Shown here: positions 24,255-34,179 of the stretch, one piece after another
How the letters are laid out: every line of letters starts with the position of its first letter
How positions within the stretch are numbered: position 1 is the stretch's first letter
Source of the DNA: Setoptus koraiensis
Lineage: Eukaryota; Animalia; Arthropoda
NCBI GenBank assembly: GCA_048013815.1
Contig: CM106585.1
Coordinates: forward strand, 18,476,001 to 18,540,000
DNA length: 64,000 nucleotides
Direction of reading: 5' to 3'
Notes under the pieces: model-generated
What the model saw: only the letters and a program-made list of their open reading frames with translations
The model's database searches: none
What the model was told of the DNA's origin: nothing
Translations under genes and position numbers: made by a program

Positions 24255-25068
24255 TGATTGTTGTCTACTTTAATTATTGACACAAATGATGATCTTGTGT
24301 CACAAGATATATGATGATTGTGATGCAACCAACTGTGATACATTATCTAAATTAGAACTATAGTGGTAAAGGACAATGAGCCAACTAATTCAATAATTGT
24401 ATATAAAGTGTAGAAGTAGACGCATTGTTGACTTCTTCACTGTTGCCATTGAGTTGTTTACAGTTAGCACTACCAAAGGCTAACTATACATTGGCCAAAA
24501 TAAAGGAAAGCTCAACAGCAAGACAACATCATCATGTAATTTAGAAATAAATTGGTAGTGCTGTGTGATCTCATTTTCGTTCACTACAAAACAACTCACA
24601 AATAAACAAACCAACAATTCAGATGATCATCAATTGTATCAATCCTAACAAGACCAGCGAAACAATATAGATCCGACATTTTATGCGAGTTTTGTATGTA
24701 CATAATATATTTGTTAGTATTACATTTGAAATAAAAGTGCACAACTTTTTCACCGTCTGTGTTTTTCGCAAACTTTTTCTTACGTATTTAACATTGGCTA
24801 AGTTGATATTGCTAATGGCATTCTATTTTCGGGCTATCACTTCTCATACTGGAAACTGTTCAATATTCGACAGTAGACTGAATACTCCTGCGTAGTAACA
24901 GTCTAAAATAGTACCAATCATTCGCTTGTTTGCAATTCATCAATCCAGATATTTGACTGAGTTGCCTTTCAATTCGTCTCTCAGTATAACGAAAGACGTT
25001 CAGACGAACGGTAGAGGATCTAATTTGCAAAAATCAACTGTCTCAATAGGGCTTGGCAAAATCGCAAA

Positions 25069-25752
25069 ATGAAGTCGTCAATTACCAATAGTTTGGTTGT
25101 TGTGGCTATCGTTATTACCATGAGCTGTTTCTCAGGAAAGGTAACTGGACAGAAATGATCTCTAGCTCAAGTAGAGGAGATAAGAGAAGCACTGGAAGAA
25201 TGGTATAAAAAGGAGAGGAACTTTTTCGGAAGTTTACAGAGTATTTTCGGTACTGATGCAGAGAAGCAAATACATGAAAATCATTGGCCCAAAGAGCTGA
25301 TGAAAGTGCTGCAAGTAGCCATAGGATTGCCGCCATCGAGCCGAATCGATTTGAGAGAAGTTTCTCGCATTACTACCGGTCTGCAGGAAGGTAACTTGGT
25401 GATAGAATTAGCATCTCTGCGAAATATCAGGCAATTTTCAGAGCATGAAAATGAAAGGGGCACGCTGGAAGCATTCGGCAAACAAAGAGACAAATTGTGT
25501 GGATCTCTGAGATCGGATAGCCACTTTAACTTCCAACAGGCCTTCAGTTATCTTAAACAATTCACTGAGGAGGAAAATGTTAGCTATAGAGATTTCATCG
25601 AGACTAATGTTCACACCGATCCTACTATCAGACCACTTAATTCGGCCGCAATGATTTGCGCCCTTCTCGATACAATGTCCTCAGTACATACTTCAGTGAA
25701 AGAATTGTCGAGACAGATTAAGCTACTGGACTACTATGTTCCGCCCCAATGA
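25069..25752 (+). pseudogene. Family A copy 4 with an in-frame TGA at codon 30 (25156-25158)
   Basis: MKSSITNSLVVVAIVITMSCFSGKVTGQK*SLAQVEEIREALEEWY...HWPKELMKVLQVAIGL...LCGSLRSDSHFNF...DPTIRPLNSAAMIC; the frame is otherwise intact. Confidence 0.8.
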
Positions 25753-26583
25753 TGAGCGATGTTACTAATAGTCATCTGATGAATATCCAGGCCAGATTCA
25801 AGTCATATTTGCAGATGGATCAGATAATCACTAACCGTTGAAGCCATACCTCAAAATAATCATGTAAGAGAAGATTGATGATGAAGGCGCTTGCAGAGGT
25901 AACGCAAAATGCTGTCTCACCGCGTAGCAGTCATTTTCGATGACAAACCAGGTGATCACTGATTAATGAATTCCTGTTCAAACGGACAATCTCGGTGTTC
26001 AACGAACCACCAATAAATCTTACCTCGAATGCAAATTGGAATGATTCGATACCAATCTATTGATTTGTGAAAACACAATTAGATATTTGGACTGCTATGA
26101 TGGGTTTTCCTTTCACTTTAAAATTATATCTTACAATCTCACCTTATAATGGGGAAGTTATGAACATGGATCTTGGTTTTTATTTGTGGGTTTTGCACTG
26201 CGATCTACTGAGGCAAAACATAAACAAACCAATCGCGCTCAAACTTTAAATCGCTTGCAGCGCATGCGTAGAGCGGCCAGATATCATGCCCGTGTTAGGC
26301 ACCAACAAATGGTTTGTCTGCCACAAAGAAATCGGCGCTCTTTTTCTCGATAATCTGGCATGTCATTCTAGTGCATCATCTGTGAACAAGATCACTCTTA
26401 CTCCTACTTGTTATTTAAATACGCGTCCATCGCAATAATCATCATCACTCCCATCGGCTACACTAACGCCGACACCACAGCAGACAAGTGAACCACAGAT
26501 AATCTCCTTCTGACACAATCGTCTTCATTATCATCAATTATAATTTCATCTTATAATCACCAAGTATTCGTCAATCACTAATT

Positions 26584-27909
26584 ATGGATGATACACCACA
26601 ACAAGTACCCGGTGCTGGTGGTGACCCCAACCCAGTGGATAGTGGCACCAACAAGACTGGCCCCGAGTCAGAAGATAAATCATACAATCAAGTCAATGAG
26701 CCTATGGATACGGCCGGTCAGTCCACCAGTGTTCTAGATGAGGCGCACGACAATTTGGCCAAAGGCAAGAGACTCAGAGCACTAGACGACGTTGTATCGG
26801 CGGCCGACTGTCTAGAGCAATCATGTCAATTATTTGACGCTTATTATGGCGTGGGCAAACGCGAATGCGCAGACGCCTATCTCGAGTACGGACTCGCACT
26901 TGTGGCTCTGGCCGATTTAGAAACAGGCACTGGCACCGATAAAATTCTCAAAAAGGCAGGCATTGATGACGGTGAAGAAGAAGACGAAGACGAGGAACAG
27001 GAAGGTGAAGACGAAGAAGAAGAAGAGCACGCCGAGGAAGAGGAGACTGCCGATCAAACTGGAGCGAACAAAGATGAACAAACCAAAGTATCCGACGAAT
27101 CCAAGGCCACCACAGAAAATGAGACCGATAACAAAATGGAGACCGAACAACCAGGCGCTGTAGAGACAGCAAACAATGATACTCAGACCAAAAACAAAGA
27201 GCCAGCTACCACAGAGCAAAGGCTTGACGAGCAACAACCAGGCACATCTAAAGAAACTACGAACGGTCACAATAATCAAGAGGACAAATCTGATGACGGA
27301 GAAGGCGCCGATGATCCCACAACGATTGAAATCGCCTGGGAGGTGCTCAGTCTTGCCAGGCGTGTCTTCCAGCGGGATGAATCCTACGATGGCAGACTGA
27401 AATTAGCCGAGACACTACAGAAGTTAGGTGAGATCAGTATAGAGTGGGACAACAATGAGAACGCAGTTGACATACTGGAAGAGTGCCTGACCATTAGAAC
27501 TGCAATACTACCAGAATTCAGCAGGCTTATAGCTCTGACATACTATAATCTAGGACTAGCTCACTCATTCAAAGGCAACACACCAAAGGCGAATGAAAAT
27601 TTCCAGAATGCTGTTAAAGTTGTCGAAAAAAATATCGCTACCCAACAGGAGTCATTAGAGACCGCTAAAAAGGCTCAAGATACTGTTGCCATCGCCAAAA
27701 TCACAAGAGAGATATCTGAATTGAAAGAACTCATTCCAGAAATAGTCATGAGGGTCGATGACACGAACGATGATGATGCAAAGAATAGTGAGGTATTAAA
27801 ACGTCAAAGAGAGGAGATGGAAAAAGAGGAACAAGACATTAAAAAAGTGTGCTCGGACAAATCCAAACCCGTCGACGACATAACTCATCTTGTGAAACGT
27901 AGAGCATGA
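26584..27909 (+). CDS. NASP: Nuclear autoantigenic sperm protein / histone chaperone (SHNi-TPR), 441 aa, intronless
   Basis: ADAYLEYGLALVALA, acidic insertion, IEIAWEVLSLAR, KLAETLQKLGEISIE, ALTYYNLGLA, C-terminal ITHLVKRR. Confidence 0.93.
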   Translation: MDDTPQQVPGAGGDPNPVDSGTNKTGPESEDKSYNQVNEPMDTAGQSTSVLDEAHDNLAKGKRLRALDDVVSAADCLEQSCQLFDAYYGVGKRECADAYLEYGLALVALADLETGTGTDKILKKAGIDDGEEEDEDEEQEGEDEEEEEHAEEEETADQTGANKDEQTKVSDESKATTENETDNKMETEQPGAVETANNDTQTKNKEPATTEQRLDEQQPGTSKETTNGHNNQEDKSDDGEGADDPTTIEIAWEVLSLARRVFQRDESYDGRLKLAETLQKLGEISIEWDNNENAVDILEECLTIRTAILPEFSRLIALTYYNLGLAHSFKGNTPKANENFQNAVKVVEKNIATQQESLETAKKAQDTVAIAKITREISELKELIPEIVMRVDDTNDDDAKNSEVLKRQREEMEKEEQDIKKVCSDKSKPVDDITHLVKRRA

Positions 27910-28040
27910 TCTCTCAAGCTTCTTATGTACAAATATATCAAATAAACTATCGAATGTCACATTCTTGATTAAAGAAAGAGAGTGCTCAATCAGGTACGGA
28001 CTAATTGTTGTTGTTTATTTATGCAGATTGTGTGATGTTT

Positions 28041-28409
28041 CTAATTTGTAATTATAAGCTCATTGATGGACCAGTCTTCATAACTTCCATCAGGTAAAAA
28101 CCTTCGTATAATGATAGGTATCTTTCTCGCTTTCAGTTCCTTCATGGCAATGTGTAATGGGTCTGTTTCTCCTTCTAATTCCACCATAACAGGAGCGCAC
28201 ATAGCTATTTGAAGCGCCCTCGTACCAAGTACCCTAGCTCGCTCGTACTTGGTCATGTATGGTGTCGTAATGCGTTTGTTGGCTTGAACAGCGTGTCCTT
28301 CAGTTCCCCCGGGCAATACCTCAATATTTTCGGCATCATCTGCTTCCATTTGTTCCTCGATATCGTCATCGCCATATCCTCCATCGTTATCTTCGTAATC
28401 GTCATCCAT
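28041..28409 (-). CDS. POLR2F: RNA polymerase I/II/III shared subunit RPB6, 122 aa, intronless
   Basis: [40 protein letters not shown]...[12 protein letters not shown]. Confidence 0.98.
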   Translation of the reverse strand: MDDDYEDNDGGYGDDDIEEQMEADDAENIEVLPGGTEGHAVQANKRITTPYMTKYERARVLGTRALQIAMCAPVMVELEGETDPLHIAMKELKARKIPIIIRRFLPDGSYEDWSINELIITN

Positions 28410-28798
28410 TGTTGTGAGTTCGAATGAGTCTTATGATATGAAGGTTTAATTGATCAAGTGATATCCGGACTATGCAAGTATTGAATTAAAATATTGAGGT
28501 ATAAATAATTCGACACTGGTGATGGAATTGATTCTCGCCGACCATCAACAAAAACAAACAATATTACACAAGTGACAGCACATGGGCACAACTGAATTAA
28601 TTCTGCTCTCAGTGCATGAGCGCGACATTTAAATGGCTCCAGAATTAAGATTCTCTCGAAAGCAGCGTTGTAGAACCTCAAAACCACGTGCTCTTTGTTT
28701 ATTACGGCGATATTTCAATTCGACGAAACACAATTCTATTTACAGCCCAACACAATTTAAACATTTTATCACTAGTTATCTGAATAAAAACTTCCGAA
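28410..28798. promoter_or_regulatory. Probable bidirectional promoter between the divergent RPB6 and GRWD1 genes
   Basis: Head-to-head start codons only 389 nt apart. Confidence 0.6.
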
Positions 28799-30313
28799 AT
28801 GCCAAAAGTAAAGAAAAATAAAAAGAATGTGGCGAAGAAAACCTCAACCAAATATGTTGAGTCTAAACGAGAAGATAACGAGATGGAGTTTGATAGGTCC
28901 GCCTATGTGGTACATAACAAATTGGAGACTAGCTTCCCTTGTTTGAGCTTCGATATCATACCGGATAAACTAGGTTACGGATCTCAACGTGCCGATACAT
29001 TTCCGATATCATTATACATGGTTTCCGGCGATCAGACTCCGCAAACTATTAAGAACAATTATTTATATGTCATGAGAGTCGACAATATAAAAAAGCTGAA
29101 GCAAGAAGAAGAAGAAGACGACGAAGATGATGATGATGACGATAATGATCACGAAGAAAATGAATACGAGAAAGATCTGCCCAAACTCACGTCTGCTAAG
29201 ATAATTCATGATGGTGGCGTTAATAGAATCAGGACAACTAATATTGGCGAAAAGACTATGGTTGCCACGTGGTCGGATAAGGCTAAAGTTCATATTTTCG
29301 ATTTGACATTGCCCATGCAAGCAGTTAATGATTGGCGTTGTTTACAAACTTACATGAATGAAAAAAGGAGCCCAAAACCAATATTCACCTTCAGTGGGCA
29401 CAAAGATGAGGGCTTCGCCATAGACTGGTCACGTGTTGAAATGGGCACCCTCGCAACGGGCGACTGTAAAAAAGACATACATTTATGGAAGCTTGCGGGA
29501 GGCTCGGGATGGGTTGTTGGCCAACAACCTTTGTTAGGCCATACAAAGTCTGTCGAGGATATCAAGTGGTCACCGTTCCAGCCCAATGAGTTGGCGTCTT
29601 GTTCCGTTGACAAGACAATAAAGCTTTGGGATACAAGAGAATCAAAAGATAAATGTTGCACTTCTACCATCACCGAAAGTCACAAGGCCGATGTCAATGT
29701 TATTGATTGGAACAAGAACAATAAGAATCTAATTGTATCGGGTGGTGACGATGGGTTCGTGAAGACATGGGACCTGAGGTATTTGGCTAGATCTCAAGGG
29801 CAACCGGCACCTGTGGCATTCTTCCAGTACCATAAGAAGGCTATCACATCTGTAGAGTGGCATCCAGACGATGACACTGTGTTTGCAGTGTCGTCCGAAG
29901 ACGATAAGATTACAATTTGGGACTTGGCTGTTGAGAAAGACGAGGAGGAAATGGAGGTTGAAGTGCCCAAAGAAAAAGTTAAGAAAGAAAATGGTGATAA
30001 GAAGAAGAAAGATATCAAAAAGGAAGAAAAGATGGACGACGATGACAACTCATCTTCAAGCTCGGACAGCGATTACGAGGATGACGATGAAGCTGAGGAT
30101 GAAGAGAAAGATATGGATCAGGATGAAGAAGACAAGCCTGAAGATGATGAGGGTGTGGTTTATGGTGACCTAAAAGATCTACCACCTCAAATGTTGTTCC
30201 TCCATCAAGGCCAAAAAGAGATAAAAGAGCTCCATTGGCATCCTCAGCTACCTGGGTTTGTGATTAGTACAGCTATCGATGGTTTTAATATTTTCAGAAC
30301 AATAAGTGCTTAA
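28799..30313 (+). CDS. GRWD1: Glutamate-rich WD repeat protein 1 (Rrb1 orthologue), 504 aa, intronless
   Basis: FPCLSFDII, GGVNRIR, GHKDEGFAIDWS, GHTKSVEDIKWSP, LPPQMLFLHQGQKEIKELHWHPQLPG. Confidence 0.96.
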   Translation: MPKVKKNKKNVAKKTSTKYVESKREDNEMEFDRSAYVVHNKLETSFPCLSFDIIPDKLGYGSQRADTFPISLYMVSGDQTPQTIKNNYLYVMRVDNIKKLKQEEEEDDEDDDDDDNDHEENEYEKDLPKLTSAKIIHDGGVNRIRTTNIGEKTMVATWSDKAKVHIFDLTLPMQAVNDWRCLQTYMNEKRSPKPIFTFSGHKDEGFAIDWSRVEMGTLATGDCKKDIHLWKLAGGSGWVVGQQPLLGHTKSVEDIKWSPFQPNELASCSVDKTIKLWDTRESKDKCCTSTITESHKADVNVIDWNKNNKNLIVSGGDDGFVKTWDLRYLARSQGQPAPVAFFQYHKKAITSVEWHPDDDTVFAVSSEDDKITIWDLAVEKDEEEMEVEVPKEKVKKENGDKKKKDIKKEEKMDDDDNSSSSSDSDYEDDDEAEDEEKDMDQDEEDKPEDDEGVVYGDLKDLPPQMLFLHQGQKEIKELHWHPQLPGFVISTAIDGFNIFRTISA

Positions 30314-30694
30314 ATTATAAACGATAATCAGGCCCACTCAGGTGATTACCAGTAAACACTGTATTGGTAGTGTTCCATTCTTTCTTATGTAATTTTTACA
30401 TAAGTTTCGTGCTATTTTCCTACATTAAATTAGCCGCTCTGCTGTGCGCATGAGGGGTAAGCATAAGTTTTACCCACTGTTTAAATGTTTCAATCAAGAT
30501 ATTGGTACAGATATACGGCGCAGTCAGACAACAAACAGCTGTCAGATGAGCTTTTCTTGGAATGAAAGTTACAACAAATGATAATAAAAGAGAGATGACT
30601 GATCGTTCAACCTGATTTAAATAATACATTCACTGTCCGGAGAAACATTATATAAGCCCTAAATTATTCATACAACGACGAATATCACATCATC

Positions 30695-31801
30695 ATGACC
30701 GGAAAGGACAGGACAGCTGAATTCGTGGCCACTGTTCGATCGATAACTGCTAAGCCACAATGGATGGCTGCCAATAGAAACTTAAATGGGGCCAATTCTT
30801 CCTCGCCAATCGATCAGAATTATGTTGAATTCATGAGACTATCCAAAACATGTGCTCATGACCTAAGTGATACCTATGGTAAACTAGAGAAGCTCACTGA
30901 ATTAGCCAGAAAAAAGACTATATTCGACGATGATGAGTCATCTAGAGAACTGAATAAATTGGTAGCCAGCATTAAAGGCGACATTCCAAAATTGAAGAAC
31001 CAGATAGAGTTGTTACAGCAAGTACACAAGCCACCCTCATCAAAGAAACCTAAAAATATTGAGGCTCATTCCAAAAATGTAGTCATATCACTTCAACAAC
31101 AATTAGCCAGAATGAGTACAAATTTTAAATCCACCCTGGAGATGCGATCTCAGAGCCTACAACAACAAAGAGCACGACGTGAGATGTTTACCTCTGGCCC
31201 CTCTTCTAGTTATGAAACGCCCAATAACATGACTTCACGAAATAGTAGGCAGCCCCATGCTTCATACAGACTACAAGACACGCAAACCGGCGGCCTATCT
31301 AGTGTTGTCCAATCTAGACCATCCGGCTATTCTCAGTACAACCCCAATAGAGCTATGAATGAATCTGTTGCTAGAAATAGAAAAGACCCTTCAAATAATG
31401 TCATGATTGATATGGATAGTAATAGCCGACAATATTCTTCATCAAACGATTATAATAGCCATGAGCCTGGTAGGCTTCAGTTGCAAACTCAACAACAGGA
31501 ACTATTACTCAATTATGAGGATGAGTATCTGAGTGAGAGGGCCAACACAATGCAAACCATTGAAACTACTATTGTCGAGCTAGGAACAGTTTTTAATCAA
31601 TTGGCCACTATGGTGCAAGTACAGGACGAACAGATAACTCGAATAGACACGAATATTAGTGAGACCGCTGGTAATGTAGAAGCGGCCCACGAAGCATTGT
31701 TAAATTATTTTGCCTCTATGAGCAGTAACAGATGGCTCATATTGAAAGTGTTTGGCATACTATTTTTCTTCTTTGTTATATTTGTTATCATTGCCGGCTG
31801 A
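30695..31801 (+). CDS. Syx5: Syntaxin-5, 368 aa, intronless
   Basis: N-terminal KDRTAEF, SNARE motif (RANTMQTIETTIVELGTVFNQLATMVQVQDEQITRID), C-terminal SSNRWLILKVFGILFFFFVIFVII. Confidence 0.96.
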   Translation: MTGKDRTAEFVATVRSITAKPQWMAANRNLNGANSSSPIDQNYVEFMRLSKTCAHDLSDTYGKLEKLTELARKKTIFDDDESSRELNKLVASIKGDIPKLKNQIELLQQVHKPPSSKKPKNIEAHSKNVVISLQQQLARMSTNFKSTLEMRSQSLQQQRARREMFTSGPSSSYETPNNMTSRNSRQPHASYRLQDTQTGGLSSVVQSRPSGYSQYNPNRAMNESVARNRKDPSNNVMIDMDSNSRQYSSSNDYNSHEPGRLQLQTQQQELLLNYEDEYLSERANTMQTIETTIVELGTVFNQLATMVQVQDEQITRIDTNISETAGNVEAAHEALLNYFASMSSNRWLILKVFGILFFFFVIFVIIAG

Positions 31802-31862
31802 GGATTACAATTAAAAAATTATACAATGATAAGAGTTAGGTGATGAACCCTGAAATATTTTT

Positions 31863-32519
31863 TCATGTGTCTCGGGCCTGATATATTTTAATTGGCGTCC
31901 CCGTATGCCGTGTCGAACTAAAGAAACCTTCTTGCCTACGGCACTCACGGATTGTGACTGTTTGACTATTAGCTGTAACATCTGTTATTAATATGGGTTC
32001 TTTTGTGATGGATTTGGGCACAAACACTTCCTCTGTAGGTTGTGCGAGAACAGGGTTGAAGATTGCCATGGTGGTGTTTCTGTTTGAATTATGAGACTTA
32101 TACCTTGCATTGTTTGTTTTTGGAGTTGAGGTTGTGGTGGAGTTAGTGGACAATGAGGTTGAGGTGGAAGAGGAGGTAGAAGATGAGGAGGAAGTAGTGG
32201 TATCATATACACTAGAACTGGTGCTAGTATCTGCGTGGGTACGTTTTACGCCACTGATAGAGGGTAGGGTTCCGCGGCGACTCTGATTTGATTTAGTTGT
32301 CGACCTCTTTGGTGTGATATTAAGTTTTTTTCCTTGCTTTTGCTGTTGTTCCTCCTCGTATGCTTCTAATAGTCTACGATCGAGTATATTTTCCTCAGGT
32401 TCCCATGAGTTGTGTCTGGTTGACCATCTTTGCCATTTGATTAGATAGAATGAACGCCCTCCGATGATTTTCTTTCGCAAAATTCTTTCAACGCTATATA
32501 TGCGTTTACTATTATCCAT
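31863..32519 (-). CDS. Pc: Polycomb-type chromobox protein, 218 aa, intronless
   Basis: Chromodomain YSVERILRKK...YLIKWQRWSTRHNSWEPEENILDRRLL and C-terminal Pc box ILITDVTANSQTVTIRE...GFF; ATG at 32519, the upstream ORF extension being implausible. Confidence 0.85.
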   Translation of the reverse strand: MDNSKRIYSVERILRKKIIGGRSFYLIKWQRWSTRHNSWEPEENILDRRLLEAYEEEQQQKQGKKLNITPKRSTTKSNQSRRGTLPSISGVKRTHADTSTSSSVYDTTTSSSSSTSSSTSTSLSTNSTTTSTPKTNNARYKSHNSNRNTTMAIFNPVLAQPTEEVFVPKSITKEPILITDVTANSQTVTIRECRRQEGFFSSTRHTGTPIKIYQARDT

Positions 32520-33398
32520 GTTGATGGTTGATGAGAGTGAATAAATTATCTTATGATAATGACAATAATTGTAGCGATAATAATAATAATATTTTATCTC
32601 ATGACAATGACACATTTATATATTCATATGTGGTTGTGTGAATAGTAATGTATGGCGCTACTATAGCCACTGCAGCCATTAGCTGAGTTAGCGTTCGCTG
32701 CACTGACACGAGATTCGGTCAAGATCCACTAGAGGCGCTGAGGTTGCGTTGTAAAGGCAAACAGAGAACAGAGTAAATGTTTCTACTTTTTAATTGGTCA
32801 GCTTGAGCGTGTTACTGTATGAATATCATGTACTACAGTAAACGCGCTTATTTGGCGCAAGAAACTGGTTTGTTGTGTTATTGTCCACTTGACAGTATCA
32901 GTTGCACTAGAAATCGTAGCAGCGCCGCCCTGGTGGATGGCACGTGAAGCGTGTGCGAATTGTTCGAATGTGGCTCACAGCAGCAAACAACTATTATGTT
33001 ATGCTGAACCATGTCAATGGCTGCTCATATACGAACAACAGTGAAACTGAACAGAGACTCGCCGTTTTGCTCGTGTGTGCCATTGGGCACAAATATCGAT
33101 TATGGCCACCATTGAATCACTTGCACATTCGGCCATCTAACAGATGCGGTTGTGCACAAATGGCAACTATGCACACTTTGTGGACGCATCCATTTTGCAT
33201 GGAGCAGCTGCGGCTGTTCCACGCAAAAATAATGGCGCTCAAACAGACGCTACGAAAACAGCTATTGTTTGTCAAAAAGTGAATGGAGCACCAATCTCGC
33301 CTACACTGGCTCAAATCACGCCGAGAATCGATCTGTCCACAGCTCGGCCACCATTTAATTCACCGTATTCCATTTGTACCGTGTTTATACCGTATTAT

Positions 33399-33682
33399 AC
33401 CGTATTATGCCAGAGGATATTACAGTGTATTATCGGCTATTGCGTCATGTGACTAGAAGACGAACAATTACAACTACTTCTAGCCCGGCTTTGAGACGCG
33501 GGGGCCCGCGAAAAGACCGCGCCAGAGATTCCTCACAGGTTTTCGTTCTGGGATGTTCAGGCAGCGTCCCGCGGTGTCCGCCGGTGTCCGAAATTCGCCG
33601 GACGTAAATCCGCTCGCCATCCGGCTCGCTTTTGGGGCCCCATCCGTCAATCGTAGCCCGTCATTGTGTCCTCCATAACGGT
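33399..33682 (-). ncRNA. Candidate nuclear RNase P RNA (~284 nt, compact)
   Basis: Manual reading of the minus strand, in the expected order: interrupted P1; P3 loop GGGGCCCCAAAAGCGAG (33641-33625); CR-I-like GAAUUUCGGAC (33596-33586); P7-like ACCGCG/CGCGGU; CCAGA/UCUGG enclosing CR-II-like AGAACGAAA and CR-III-like GAGGAA; CR-V-like CAAUAGCCGAU (33442-33432). CR-IV and the P4 bulge are imperfect. Not confirmed by a covariance model. Confidence 0.55.
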
Positions 33683-34179
33683 TAATCATATGCCATTCGT
33701 CGTCGGTTGAAGACGCTGTTCTCTCCCAGTCTCTCATTGATTTGAAAGTCTGTGGCCGGTTTGAAAAGTTTTTTCGAGGCTTGTTTTGAACGATTATTTC
33801 TCGTCTAGTCCGCCAAGCTTCGCCTCAAATGGCAGCGACGCTGTTCAATTGGCGCCCATTTCTAGGTATTTTTAGAATTGTTGAGACGGCTCGAATTTCA
33901 TACTACACAATGTAGAAAAACGATAAGTGTCACTCTCGATCACTACTTTTGATCAGGCATTTCGCAAGGACAGATACGATTTTATATATAGCTCACGCAT
34001 TTCATCGCTGCAGGCTCAGATAGAGAATAGTTGCGCCGAGATGCGAGAGATCCGACTGAAATTTTTCCAGATTAATGCAAAATTGAAATTTTATAATTAT
34101 ACAATTATAAAAATAATCATTAGATCATATAAATCAGAACAATTACATTGATCGTTCAGAAACGAGTTGTAATCTAGCG

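Noticed and set aside
25141-25176. Splicing from AAG|GTAACT that would remove the premature stop of copy 4
   Set aside because: The only frame-preserving intron would be 36 nt with a GAG acceptor and would delete conserved residues
32520-32615. N-terminal Tyr-rich extension of the Polycomb ORF
   Set aside because: It derives from an AT-rich (TAT)n-like 5' region; the chromodomain begins right after the ATG at 32519
33520-33560. U3 snoRNA-like stretch (CUGAAC...CGAAAACC..GAGGAA)
   Set aside because: No box A, B, C or D context in the expected positions
33480-33737. 85-aa minus-strand ORF over the structured island
   Set aside because: No recognisable motif; the nested pairing pattern is better explained by a structural RNA
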